From Octopus bimaculoides (lineage: Eukaryota): a DNA stretch of 64,000 nt. This document shows, piece by piece, positions 12,605-25,717 of this stretch; position 1 is the stretch's first letter, and each line of letters opens with the position of its first letter. Position numbers and translations under genes: made by a program. Under the pieces are notes generated by a model. That model was not told where the DNA came from. It saw only the letters and a list, made by a program, of their open reading frames with translations, and ran no database searches. The stretch covers positions 39,123,251-39,187,250 of the forward strand of contig NC_068998.1 of NCBI RefSeq assembly GCF_001194135.2, given 5' to 3'.

Positions 12605-12985
12605 CAGTGTTACCTAAACAGTGTCAGTATAAAGTGACACGGGGACAAACACATGCGCATGCATATACACACATGATGTGCTTCTATGCAGCTTTCAATC
12701 ACAAGGTAGTGATCAACTTAAAGCATTTGCCCAAGGTGCCATACCCAAAACCCAATGATTGTGAAGCAAAGTTCTTAACCACAGACCCTTGTTTACACAT
12801 GTGCATGCTCTCTCTCTCTCTCTCTCTCTCACACACGTACATATGTGTGAGTGTGTACAACAGGATTCTGCACATCTTTGCATCTACCAAATTTCACTTA
12901 CAAAGCATTGGTTAACAATAGATAATGGTAAAAGATATTTGTCCACGGTGTCAGGCAGACATTGAACCCACATCGGTCTGGTTCT
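12605..12985 (-). mobile_element. Two degenerate family B SINE fragments
   Basis: CATTTGCCCAAGGTGCCA and CTACCAAATTTCACTTACAAAGCATTGG segments, separated by (CT)n/(CA)n. Confidence 0.65.
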
Positions 12986-15097
12986 AGAGTGAACTTTTTA
13001 AATGCATAATATAACTATGCTTGTATATGTTGGGGTGGCGGGGTGTTATCTTGTTTCAAGTGGGGTTGGGTATTAGGCTTGCAAAAGCATACAGTGCTAC
13101 AGAAACCACTGGCACATGATATTCAAGCTACAGGGCACTCTTAAGATGTTTGATGGATGGTTGAATGAATTTCTAATATGCATGATACTTGTCATAACAG
13201 ATTTGTTGGATGGAAATTTCTTTTTAATAAATCCTACATATGTCATCAGTAATGTGTAATTATGTAGCTTTGCTTTAAGAAAAGAAAAAAAAGATATTTT
13301 TAACACTTCAATAGCATACACATGTCTGTAATATGTAATTGTTAATGTTCCATCTCTGAATTCTAAGAAATTGAAAATGAAACCAACTATTTTTCTTTTT
13401 GCTTCCTTTACATATAATCTAACATTTCAGTGTTTAATAAACCGTTTAACTCTTTTTTATCATTGTTAAATAAAGGAAAACTTCCTATCTTTCACTACAA
13501 ATTGTCCTCAATAAAATTTTGGTGATGGTAGAGGTAGTTTCAATTCTTACAGCCATCAATTTTTGAGAGAGATAAAAATGTAAAATTTTCTTCTTTTTTT
13601 TTTAAAATTTTCTTTTCCATTTTCATTCCCTATTCTTACAATATTTATCGCATGAATAATTTTTTTTTCTTCTTTCTCAATCTTCAAAGACGATATTTAA
13701 TATTTTAAAAATACGTTTTCCCATTTCTCCTATCTACTTTCTCTTCATTCCTCAAAAGAAAACTCCATAAACATTGTGTTTTTATATTCGATTCTAATGA
13801 ACCCTGCACTAACTTCAAAAAACTTTGCTAGTCTCAGTCCCCCCCCCCTTTTAATGTTAAAGATAGTTTAAGGATGGATCCAACTCCCTACCCTCTAACC
13901 TCTCTTTTGTTTTCTTCTCTTGCTAACATTCACTCTTCACCGAACACATCTGAATATATATTAGAATATTTTTAGGAAAAGAAACAAGCTTTGTATCTTT
14001 TACTTCTGTCTATTTCCTGATTACTAGTGTAACATGATTGAAAGAGAAGCCAGATGTGTCAAGTTGTTAAAGATAGAATATAATCATTATATAAACTTTT
14101 GAGAGGGTTCTTATTCTGAGATCAAAGGTCACCGATTTTTATCTTTGCCTCTGTCTTTGTCTGCAAAAATCTTGTCTGCCTATTTCTGCTTATTTTCAAT
14201 GGATATCTAAGTTCTACATGAAACACTGTGACATCCATCCTTAGGCATATTTTCTGAGATTTATCATTTTAATTCTGAGGAACCAGCATCCATGAAGCTA
14301 GCTGCCCTTCTTGGCCTTGGGTAAAGATATAAAGAAACTCTCTAACGGTTTGTGCATAGAAAATACTCAGTAGGTTTCTTATCTTATCTCTCTTACATTT
14401 TTCAAACCAAACCTGCCATCTATGGCTGCTTGCTATTTTTATCTCTCGAGTAGAATTGTTGATAATTCATGTGTGTGTGTAATTGCCTGAAGACAGAAAT
14501 AAGGAATATGGAAGGCATGGTGATTTAATTTCAGATGTGTGTGTGTGTGTGTGTGTGTGCAAAAGAGAGAGAGAGAGAGAAAGCTGCTTCTCTATTTCTC
14601 TTACAACCTTCGTTAGCTTACTATTTTGTTTTCTATTCAAGTCAGAATTTTTTTTTTCAATTATTGAAATAGCTTTTTGTAAAGAGAATCTCTTTTCCTT
14701 CCAATCCTCAGTTATCCATTATCACTTCACAGAAATAAATAAAGAAGTAATAAATCCAGAACTGAATATATATATAAAAAAAAAAGTGAGCTAAGGGAAA
14801 TAAGTCAAGTGGGTTAATGGCATGAATTTTGAGAATTCAGGAATGTGATAATGTACCAAATGATATATACAAATAATTCTCAATAACTTGAAATTTACCA
14901 CTTAGTTGGAGAAATCAATCACCTGGTAGCAATTGTTAGGGAACTTCCAGAGAAAAGGGAAAATAATTTCAAGAAATTAAACATCAGTTTCACAATATAT
15001 TTAATTCTTAGGGGAAAGATCAAATCTTTATTAGCAGGAAAGGGAACAAGTTACAGATTGTGATTCATCTTAGATTTCTCATTGAAGTAATTATGCA

Positions 15098-15340
15098 AAT
15101 GGCGCTAGTGTGGTTAAGGTGTTGGACTCATGATTGTAAGATTGTGGTTTCGATTCCTGGACTGGGTGATGCATTGTGTTCTTGAGCAAGACACTTCATT
15201 TCACATCGTTCCAGTTCACTCAGCTGGCAATTATGTGTGATGCTCCAATGGACCCGCATCCTATCCAGGGATGGGAGAATATGTACACCACAGAATCTGG
15301 GAAACTAGCCATATGGCTCAGAAAGGACCTTTGAACCTTT
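15098..15340 (+). mobile_element. tRNA-headed SINE, family E
   Basis: A-box-like GTGGTTAAG, B-box-like GTTTCGATTCC, then TTGTGTTCTTGAGCAAGACACTTCATTTCAC. Related fragments at ~1925-2100 and ~29708-29830. Confidence 0.75.
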
Positions 15341-16302
15341 TTTTTTTTTTTATATGAAATCTAATTAGACTAAAACATGATTGTAACTGTAACCTTTTCT
15401 GCTAAAAAGATCAGATATTTTTGGCCAAGTATGAAATTTTAATTTTCTATGAAATTAATTCTTAATTACTTGAAATTTTTTTCCCTTTTCTTTGAAAGTC
15501 ACAAGCAATTGTTGCTAGGTTTTTGTTTTTCTTTCATCAGCTAAAAGGCAAATTTAAACTCTTTCAGAACATTTTTCATGTGTTATTTAGTACATTACCA
15601 CTTACCTGAATATGAAATAGTTGTTGTACATGTGAATCTCATGAAAATGGACATCAGTTATGGCCACATCGAGGGAGGTTCTCCCTATAGAATGCCAATA
15701 TATTTCCAGTCATATTAAAGAGAACTTTGGATCAATACTAGAAACTAACGAAACGTTCAACTGTTATGAAATCCCTCTCTTAACTGCTTTCAACCCTGTC
15801 TTCCCATGATATTTATTAACATTTAGGTTAACAGAGCCAAAGAGAGTTAAAGTGTCTTTTGTTAGAAATAGAAGCATAATGCCAGTGATGGGTTTTTGAA
15901 TTAGTGAGTTCTTCGACCTTCTCTGAACTATTGACATTCTGGTGAAAATAAAAAAAGTAATGGAGTTCTTGCAAATTATACAATTCCAGTGTTTTTCCAG
16001 TAAATTTGACAGAATTCTCCCACAAATAATGAAACCTTATTATCATTATTATTATTATTTCTGCATAACAATCGAACTATAATTTTTTTTAGTCAGTTTA
16101 ATTTGAAATTTAATTAAGCTAATCTTTTCTTCTTTTATATTTTTTCTTCATTTAATGAACATTTCACTAGTGCATTGTTCTTTAGTGGAAGTAATTATTA
16201 TTATTATTATTAGTAGTAGTCTATGAAGATTGATTTTTTTTTCTTTTTGTTAATTCAAGTTTACAATAGATTTAAATTGTAAGAATTGATTACATTGACC
16301 TA

Positions 16303-16538
16303 AAGGTGGCAAGCTGGCAGAACCATCAGCAGGCCAAACAGAATGCTTTGCAGCATTTCTTTTGGTTTTATGTTCTGTTTTCAAATGCTGCAGAGGTCAG
16401 TTTTGCTTTTCATCCTTTTTTGGGTCGATAAAACAAAGTACTAGTTGAGCAATGGGGCCAAAGTAATCGACCAGCCCCTCCCCGCAAATATTGGGCCCAT
16501 GCCTATTGTAGAAAGAATTATTATTATTATTATTATTA
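16303..16538 (+). mobile_element. Family A SINE with (TTA)n tail
   Basis: Head GGTGGCAAGCTGGCAGAA, core GCTTTTCATCCTTTTTGGGTCGATAAA, TTA tail. Confidence 0.85.
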
Positions 16539-17122
16539 GATAATTTCAAGCAGATTTCTACTGCATCACCTGCTACACCTTCATGTTGCTGGTATATGTC
16601 CAGCATTATTTGTTCTTTTTTGTTGTTGGGGGAGTGCAAACTCCTCCCAGTATTGTATTGTGTAAGTTTGTTTTGTTACGGGGCCTGGTTGCAGTCTTTT
16701 GTTGGATTAGTGTTTGTATTGTGTGTTGTGTGTGTAATGCAAGTTGTATTCTTCTGTTGGGTATCCAGCCTGTGGAGTACATGTGGTCATCGTTTATTTT
16801 ATTGGATATTTACTGTATAGAGTGTATTGTGTTTGTGGATTGTTTTGTTTGGGTTGTATTATTGAAATGATAGTGTCTTGTGTAGGATGTGGACTGCTCC
16901 TAACAGGGCTATTTTTTGGACAGAGTGTAGTGTTGAGGGTCTAGATGTAGCTTCTATGTTTTTGTTCATATGATTTTTCTATCATACCCAATGCTCCAAT
17001 TATTGCTGGTATTGTTTTCACCTTCACCTGCTTAATGTTATAAAAATGGCAGATGAGAACTAGGTCATAATGAGTGTAGTGGGTGCTTATATATACACAC
17101 ACACACATATATATATATATAT

Positions 17123-17560
17123 GCACTTACAAATAATAATAATAATAATAATAATAATTTCTAAAGGCACAAGGCCTGAAATATTGGGGAGGAGACTAGT
17201 TTCACTGGTACTTAATTTATTGACCCCCGAAAGGCAAAGTCAAGCCTGACAGAATTTGAACTCAGAATGTAAGGACAGACGAAATGCTATTAAGCGTTTT
17301 GCCTGGTGTGCTATCGATTCTGCTGGTTTGCTGCCCTAATAATGATAATAATCCTTTCTACTATAAGCACAAGGCCTGAAATTTGCGGGTAGGGAGACTA
17401 GTTGATAACATCGACTCCAGTGTTTCACTGGTACTTAATCGACTCCAAAAGGATGAGAAGAAAAGTTGACCTTGGCAGAATTTGAGCTCAAAACATAAAG
17501 ACAGACAAAATACCACTGAGCATTTCGCCCAGCATGCTAATGATTCCGCCAGCTCAATAG
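17123..17560 (-). mobile_element. Two tandem family A SINEs
   Basis: Two successive minus-strand copies (~17123-17337 and ~17338-17560), each with an (AAT)n tail on the plus strand. Confidence 0.85.
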
Positions 17561-17939
17561 TTCTAGCACTGAAGGAGGGAAGTGTGGTGAGATTACATCC
17601 AGACTGCTGTAAACAATTTTCAGAGGGCCAGAACAGTTGTAGCAGATGAGAAATGTCAAAAACAGAAAAGGTCATTGTCACGAACCCCATCTGACCAAAG
17701 CCACCATGTTTGTCCCAAGTGTGCCAGAGCCTGTTGTTCAAGGATTGGTTTACATAGCCACTTAAGGACTGCTGTTCTCTCCTATTCAGTCATCCTTACT
17801 CTCTTCTAGGAGATTGTATTGAGCTACAGGCATGCGTGGGTAATGCAGCTATTTGTTGTATTGGTGGCGACTTGTAAAAATCAATGAAACATATTTTCTT
17901 TTTGAATGTATTGATGGTTTTAATCAAACATAACAATGG

Positions 17940-18275
17940 ACACCTGTGTTGTTTATCTGTATTTTCATGCTGGTAACCATAGAAATATTCACCAACACTA
18001 TCATTATCATTTTGTTTTTCATCATTATCATATATATCATTATCCTCATCATATGTATGACAGCCATTAGAATTTCCATCATTGTCATCATCACTATCAC
18101 CAGCACCATTATCATTATCACTGTCGTCTCAATAATCTTCACTGTCATTTCTTTTCACCACCACCATCATCATCACCATCGTTGTTATCATATCTGAATA
18201 ATCTTCATTATCATCTCCTATCTGCATCATCTTTTATCTCTGTCTCCTGTCCCTACTTATCATTATTTTCATTAA
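17940..18275. repeat. Decayed (ATC)n low-complexity tract
   Basis: Same character as 6190-6525. Confidence 0.85.
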
Positions 18276-18372
18276 TGAAGATTGACTAATTCCACTCCTG
18301 TCACTCAGTTCATTTTCTTGTGGTTCTGAGTTCAAATTTTGTCAGTGTCAACTTTACTTTTTTCCTTTACAA

Positions 18373-18815
18373 TGCCAACGTTGTCTCCTTCATTGGACAC
18401 GAAACTCAGCTTGCGAAGACCTGTTGGGGCAAGCGAAAGCAAAATCGTGATGGCACCTGTGCCCAGCGTTGCCTTCCTGGCACTTATACCAGTGGCACGT
18501 GTAAAGACATTCGAGCGAGATCATTGCCAGTGCCGCTGGACTGGCTCCTGTGCAGGTGGCACATAAAATACACCATTTTGAGCGTGGCCGTTGCCAGTAC
18601 CGCCTGACTGGCCTTCGTGCCAGTAGCATGTAAAAGCACCCACTACACTCTCAGGGTGGTTGGCACTAGGAAGGGCATCCAGCTGTAGAAATACTGCCAA
18701 ATCAGATTGGAGCCTGGTGTAGCCATCTGGTTCACCAGTCCTCAGTCAAATCGTCCAACCCATGCTAGCATGGAAAGCGGACGTTAAACGATGACAATGA
18801 TGATGATGATGACAA
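18373..18815 (+). mobile_element. Repeat C (RTE-type 3' end), young copy
   Basis: Ends GCATGGAAAGCGGACGTTAAACGATGAC(AAT/GAT)n; reverse complement of the 5241 and 27228 copies. Confidence 0.9.
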
Positions 18816-19361
18816 TGATTTAACATTGAGTACCAGTAATATTCCTGAGTTGTGTCAGCTGATCATAACTGCTGTTAGCACCCTTCCTTCCACCTCTAAG
18901 GGTACATCTATACAATTGCTTGGCTTATTAGAAATAGTAGATAGATTCCCAACAAACCTCAATGTACCATCTTACAAAAACAGGAACACTTCAGACGATG
19001 TTACAAAATGTCCAAATACAAGATGGACTGGTCATAGCATGCATATCATTGATGTTTGGTCTGCTTGATTTAGGGCTGACGTCGGACTAAAAAAGCAACT
19101 GATTGACATTGTAATTACAAATAAATCACTTATCTCAGTGAATTATTTGCACTTACTGGTGTCACAGCAAGGATACTAGACTCTCATGATAAATCGGTTT
19201 CCAGTTTGTAGCAGGATTTGTTGTTGCTGTTATTGTTTGACAGATGTGAGTTGTTATTAGGATAACACAGCCTCCTTGGTAAAAAAAAAAAGGGGAGACA
19301 GAGGATCTGTATCAAGGAAGGGGTTTCATCATCTAGCTATTGTGAACCTCATTCACATGCA

Positions 19362-20220
19362 CACTCTCTCCCCTTCTCTCTCTCCCCTTCTCTCTCTCCC
19401 CTTCTCTCTCTCCCCTTCTCTCTCTCCCCTTCTCTCTCTCCCCTNNNNNNNNNNNNNNNNNNNNNNNNNNNNNNNNNNNNNNNNNNNNNNNNNNNNNNNN
19501 NNNNNNNNNNNNNNNNNNNNNNNNNNNNNNNNNNNNNNNNNNNNNNNNNNNNNNNNNNNNNNNNNNNNNNNNNNNNNNNNNNNNNNNNNNNNNNNNNNNN
19601 NNNNNNNNNNNNNNNNNNNNNNNNNNNNNNNNNNNNNNNNNNNNNNNNNNNNNNNNNNNNNNNNNNNNNNNNNNNNNNNNNNNNNNNNNNNNNNNNNNNN
19701 NNNNNNNNNNNNNNNNNNNNNNNNNNNNNNNNNNNNNNNNNNNNNNNNNNNNNNNNNNNNNNNNNNNNNNNNNNNNNNNNNNNNNNNNNNNNNNNNNNNN
19801 NNNNNNNNNNNNNNNNNNNNNNNNNNNNNNNNNNNNNNNNNNNNNNNNNNNNNNNNNNNNNNNNNNNNNNNNNNNNNNNNNNNNNNNNNNNNNNNNNNNN
19901 NNNNNNNNNNNNNNNNNNNNNNNNNNNNNNNNNNNNNNNNNNNNNNNNNNNNNNNNNNNNNNNNNNNNNNNNNNNNNNNNNNNNNNNNNNNNNNNNNNNN
20001 TCTTTCACTCCCCCTTCTCTCCCACTCTCCTTTCTCTCCCCTTATTTCTCTCCTCTCTCTCCTTCTCCCTCTCCCTCGTCTACCTCCCTCCTCTATCCCA
20101 TCCTCCCTTCATCCCTTTCCTTTCTCTCCAACTTTCCTCTCTCTCTTCCCTTCTTTCTCTCCCCTACCCCCTCTCTCCCTACACACACTCTCCTTGAACT
20201 CCCACTCTATCCCCACCCAC
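19362..20220. repeat. CT-rich tandem/low-complexity tract around an N gap
   Basis: (CTCTCTCCCCTT)-like units up to 19444, gap 19445-20000, pyrimidine-rich continuation. Confidence 0.85.
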
Positions 20221-21732
20221 ACAAAGTCAACATATATACAATGTCTACACAAACACACACACATCCTATCTTATATCACAAGTGAGCATCAAACTCTGTT
20301 TTTTGAATGTAAACAAAATAAACACTTATATAACTGCTTTCATCATTATATACTCACATACATATATGTGTGCTAATGTATACACACACACACACGCACA
20401 CACATTCATGTGCGCACAGACTAATTAATATTTATTTGGATATTCATCTGTAAACAATATAATTAGGAAGAACAAATGTAATCTTGTCTAAGGCAGACAT
20501 TGAACTACATAACTCCCATCTCTTGCTAACACTAACCAATCTGCTGGAACTTATTGTCTGGAAGTCAAATTTAGGAAAGCAGAACCATGTGCTCCCCCAC
20601 CCCCTCTGCTTGCAAGCACAACACAATAGGGCTGTAGTAATAATATTAGCAGTAGCATTAGTAGTGTGGTTTGAGCACTCTTATCAATTATTTTAGATAT
20701 ATTTTATAGCATTTCCTCTTTTATATCATGCCTGTCCTTGGTTATAGGTTTCCAATAAGCCAATCTGTGGTTCACTGCAGTCAAACTGGAGTCTCTGTAA
20801 AAGTGAGATGTGATGAATACCACAGAGGATTTTAGTTTAAAAGCACCAATTTATGAGCTTTCTCTGGGTTAACATTTTTTACTATGTGTAGGTTAAAGAA
20901 GTACGTTTCCACATCCATTCGTCCATCCATCAATCGATATATATGTATATATACACACACACACACACACACACGTAGATGTCGAGCGATGAGAATGAGT
21001 GCTCAACATCGCATTGAGGGATAAAATTTCTTTATTTGTGTATTAAGGCTACCATTGGTTTCATGTCAAGAAAAAAATATTTTTATAATATGACGAATAA
21101 GAGAAGTAATGTGAGAAAGTAGATGTTTATTCCATGTGTTTACAGCTGTTTCATAACCTTGCAAGTTATATGATAGGCATTACATTGATGTTTGTATATT
21201 GGTTGGATGGATGGGCAGATGTTATGGATTTTCATACATATTTTCTACTTTCTGATTCCATACACACTTACACTCACTCACACAACAAGTGAAATTGAAC
21301 TTAAAACCATGTTATTGCAAGTGGATTCTAAGCTACCTCTAAACTAAAAGTCATCTATAAAATGTATAAAATTCCTAGCATCACTGTCCTCGTCTCTCCT
21401 CTCAAGGCAAACAGATGCATTCTATGTTACAAATTTTCATTTGTCTGTTATTTGTCAATGCAGACCATCACTTGTTTCCTCAAACTGTCAACTGTTATAT
21501 TTTCATTACTTAAGTGTAGTCTTCTTTCTTAACCTTTTAGTATATCACTGTAAGCTATCATTACTTACTTACTAGAGCTAGCTTCTGTTGATGATAGCAG
21601 TTGTATTAATCCAAACTGCAGTACAGTTTACCCCCAAAACAACAAAGAGAATGTACTAAGACCTATTACATGTCTATGGAGAAAGATTTAAAAAGTAGGT
21701 CTCTTTTTAAACAAGTCATGTTTGAAATCCTT

Positions 21733-22313
21733 AGGTGCAGGCATACTTGTGAGGTAAGAAGCTGGCAGAAGTGTTAGCATGCTGGGCGAAATGCTTAGCG
21801 GTATTTCGTCTGCTGTAACGTTCTGAGTTCAAATTCCGCTGCGGTTGACTTTGCCTTTCCTTTCAGGGTCGATAAATTAAGTACCAGTTACGCACTGGGA
21901 TCAATGTAATCGACTTAATCCCTTTGTCTGTCCTTGTTTGTCCCCTCTATGTTTAGCCCCTTGTGGGCAATAAAGAAATAAGAAGCGTGTTTCCCAACTA
22001 CATGGTTCTGGGGTCAGTTCCACTGTGTGGCACCTTGGACAAGTGTCTTCTATAGAAACTGAAAGAAGCCCCTTGTATGTATGTATATTTGTATATCTCT
22101 GTGTGTCTTTGTCTGAGTGTCCCCCCACCCCACTTGACAACCGGTGTTAGGGTGTTTACATCACTGTAACTTAGCAGAAAAGAGATCAATAGAAAAAGTA
22201 TCCCAGGCTTAAAAATGTACTGAGGTTGATTTATTCAACAAAGGCTTTTTTAAGGTGGTGCTCCAGCATGGCCACAATCTAATGACTGAAACGAGTAAAA
22301 GGTAAAGGTAAAA
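21733..22313 (+). mobile_element. Family B SINE, interrupted by a family A copy
   Basis: Head at 21733, resumes at 21987, ends in TGACTGAAACGAGTAAAAGGTAAAGG. Confidence 0.82.
21762..21978 (+). mobile_element. Family A SINE nested inside a family B SINE head
   Basis: TAAGAAGC duplicated at 21755-21762 and 21979-21986; removing the insert restores the family B head. Confidence 0.88.
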
Positions 22314-23039
22314 AGACCATTAACAGATAAGCTTCTTTTATACTCAAAACTCAAGGTTGGGGAAGATACAGTAAAAGAATATTTTCTACATATTCCCAAC
22401 ACACCATAGTATACTCCTTTAATTATCCAAGGTTCTAAATTCTATGGAAGCCAGTCTGCTGGCTTCTGTATATTGTGGCTATTCAAAGAAATATTAAAGC
22501 CTATATCTTTGTAAGGAGAATACCAATACAGACTCTTGATAGACTGTAAGATGAAGAGACTGTTTATTGGAATTGGAGAAAATAATGGTAATGATAATAC
22601 ATCTGTTGTCATGGTAATATCGATAAACTGTTTACAAGAGAGATATAATCTTATAAATGAGATAAAGAGTAGATTGTTTTTGAGGTGTCCATATGGGGTT
22701 TGTAATATTTATTCCCCGCATATCTTTACGATTATGCTTGCTTTAAGGGAGACTGTCTTCTGTCTGTAGGATTCTGCTTGAAAAGATGTAGTGCCAGTAG
22801 TTTTTTTAAGGCAGTTCTACATTGAAAATATAAGAATAACTGGATGAATTTAATCATTAGTTGAAGGGAACATTTGTATTCATGAGTGTGAAAACAACTT
22901 TTAGCTTAGAGAGTGGAGAAAACTGGGTGAACTTGGAAGTGTCATTGTTATGGATCAGCTAAAACTGTGCCAAGTTAACTAACCACATATTTACTTAGTC
23001 AAATTCATGAACAAACATATTCATTCACATTCATGCACA

Positions 23040-23123
23040 CCCTCATTCACACACACACACACACAATTATTCATTTATACTTGCTTTTATGTGCACTCAC
23101 ACATTCAGAATCATATTCATATA

Positions 23124-23173
<50 letters not shown>

Positions 23174-23650
23174 ACACACACACAATTATTCATTTATACT
23201 TACTTTTATTTGCACTCACACATTCAGAATCATATTCATATACTCTCTTTATCTCTGTCTCTCTCTCTCTCTCACACGCACACACACANNNNNNNNNNNN
23301 NNNNNNNNNNNNNNNNNNNNNNNNNNNNNNNNNNNNNNNNNNNNNNNNNNNNNNNNNNNNNNNNNNNNNNNNNNNNNNNNNNNNNNNNNNNNNNNNNNNN
23401 NNNNNNNNNNNNNNNNNNNNNNNNNNNNNNNNNNNNNNNNNNNNNNNNNNNNNNNNNNNNNNNNNNNNNNNNNNNNNNNNNNNNNNNNNNNNNNNNNNNN
23501 NNNNNNNNNNNNNNNNNNNNNNNNNNNNNNNNCACACACACACAATTATTCATTTATACTTACTTTTATTTGCACTCACACATTCAGAATCATATTCATA
23601 TACTCTCTTTATCTCTGTCTCTCTCTCTCTCTCACACGCACACACACACA
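23040..23650. repeat. ~115-bp minisatellite with embedded (CA)n/(CT)n, spanning an N gap
   Basis: ACAATTATTCATTTATACTT...CAGAATCATATTCATATACTCTC occurs three times; the two copies either side of the gap appear identical. Confidence 0.8.
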
Positions 23651-24134
23651 AATATTCACAAATTTATTTGTATTTCCATATTCCTTTGCGTTCATACATA
23701 TACATCACATAGACCGTATAAAAGCACACACTCACACTCCCTTTCTCACCCCTTCTTACCCACATTTCCTCATGCATTCACTCAAACATTATACAACCAA
23801 ACCTCCCCATCCATTCACTCATTCTTTCTCTTTCTCTCACACACAAACACACATATTTTCTCATTACAGGTTAATGAGTTGCAATCAAACTATCTGAACC
23901 AATTAATCATCACAATGTCATGAGATCAAACATTGCTATTGTTTTATAAAGCAAATAGTTTAGCAAACATCTTTGTGATTAGATGAACTTATTAAAAAGA
24001 TGTAAAATTACAGGTTTCCTGGCCATCATTTAATAACAGTTAATAAGGAGGTTCATTAATGTGTGGCCATGGTCATTACATGTTCAATCATGAATGTGAT
24101 AGCCAAAAGGAAAATGTAAAGAAGGAGTAACATG

Positions 24135-24600
24135 ATATTTGTCCTTGGGTTGCAATTGTTATTTCCTATTTGCTTAACCCTAGAAAGTATGAAAAATGGC
24201 TAATATTTCCTCCAAACTTAGCTTTTGTTACATTTATTCAAACCCCCAAAGAATCTCTCTCAACACATGGCTATGATCCCCCCCCCCCACTGCTCCTGCT
24301 TATGATCAGAGGTGCAGATATTGTCAGCCACTAACGAATATGTTCAAGTGGTTAATGTCAAGCAACCAACAAGCAAATATAGAATATTTACTATAACGAT
24401 ATTTCTGCTTCAGCAATTCAGCATTGAATTAGTCTGAAATGTAATGGGAAATAGGTCAATTTCAAAACATTGATGACCAGGTCACAAAAGCAAAGTTTGA
24501 AGGGAATAGTAGTGATTTCCTTTGATTTCTTGATAAAAGCAAATAAGAAATAACACTTACTGACCAAAGACAAAAATAAAAATAAAAATTTTGTTGCACA
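24135..24600. repeat. Dispersed repeat D, class unassigned
   Basis: Collinear with 11325-11850. Confidence 0.75.
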
Positions 24601-24604
24601 GTAA

Positions 24605-24669
24605 TCATCATCATCGTTTAACGTCCGCTTTCCATGCTAGCATGGGTTGGACAATTTGACTGAGGACTG
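24605..24669 (-). mobile_element. Repeat C, extreme 5' truncation (65 bp)
   Basis: Matches the terminal 65 bp of the 27228 copy except for one base. Confidence 0.85.
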
Positions 24670-24889
24670 GTAAGAATATATCTCACTCACATTAAAGGAT
24701 ATATGGCCGTAACCGAAACCAAAGAGTGAAAGGTTTCACATTTGAATAGTTTTATAAACAACATGAGCATCATTATATCTACAAATATATTGATGATGAA
24801 TAAACAAAAGCAAGAAAAAGTGCAACAAGAGGGACAAGATTTTACAAAGGTGTTATCAGCCTAATGCTTGGAAGGAAAGGGGAAAAGGT

Positions 24890-24923
24890 CTTGATGTTTC
24901 AGATGCTTGTCCTTCATCAGAAA
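24890..24923 (-). ncRNA. Minimal type I hammerhead-ribozyme-like motif in a Penelope-like fragment (~24670-24930)
   Basis: Minus strand TTT-CTGATGA-A-GGA-CAAGCA-TCT-GAAA-C-ATC-AAG: intact CUGAUGA and GAAA core with short stems I and II. Confidence 0.62.
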
Positions 24924-24930
24924 TATTCTA

Positions 24931-25125
24931 GCCCAAATATTCTACCTGTTTTATGTTCAGACCAGACAGATCTGGTTTCTCACACCTACCTTACAAAGTC
25001 ATTCTAAAAATATGCAATCACATTAGCAAAATCTCAAAGCTATGAGATAATGCATGATTACTTGAAAATGATGTGAATGAAAAAGCATTACATTTAATAG
25101 AATAATCTGAATACTAAAGGGTTAA
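24931..25125. mobile_element. Partial piggyBac-type MITE
   Basis: Reverse complement of 51672-51891, ending AAAGGGTTAA; the other end is missing. Confidence 0.7.
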
Positions 25126-25510
25126 ATATAATCAGCTTGAGTTATCAAGTTGGTTTAGGTACCAGAAAACCAACTGGCAGATTGGTGTTTGTATTCTGTC
25201 ACCTGAACTGCATTTTATCCTTAAGAATATGACTCAGTCTACTGAGCTGGTGTTAATATAAGTGGTAGCAGTATTATAAATAAGTACTGGTTTAACCAGT
25301 GACAACATTATAAAAGCTTTTTTTAAATTTACTGTGATCCACAGCTCAATGGGATCCACAGAATAAACTTATTGGATACATAACTTAGTTGAAGTCTTTG
25401 ATGATACCCTTAAAATTGAATAGAATATTGATCTCTCTGTATTATATATGAATATTTGTGACATCTGTGAAAATTTTCTGTTTCAAACTTATCTGATGTT
25501 ATATTTTCAG

Positions 25511-25570
25511 GACTATGATGCTTTTGCTGATGCTCTGGAGACTCAAAATTTATGGCACTTTTTGAAGTTG
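25511..25570 (+). CDS. SH3BGRL: SH3BGR-family protein, exon ending the thioredoxin-like domain (DYDAFADALETQNLWHFLKL)
   Basis: TTTTCAG acceptor and GTGAGT donor at 25571; 60 nt, phase 0-0. Joins the previous exon to give YCG-DYDAF...FLKL, the canonical family ending. Implies a ~25 kb intron. Confidence 0.93.
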
Positions 25571-25717
25571 GTGAGTTGAGACTTTTTACTTTCTACTTTC
25601 ACCAAATTTATTATTAAACTTTAAAATAATCAGTCTTTGGAGGATAATTCCTGTCTTTTTTTTTAAGGTTTATTATTCTTTTTAATTAATTAATTAATTT
25701 TTAATTCATTATAAATG

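Noticed and set aside
18320-18629. GC-richer ORFs at 18320-18629 and 27303-27535
   Set aside because: They lie wholly inside inverted copies of repeat C and appear on both strands.
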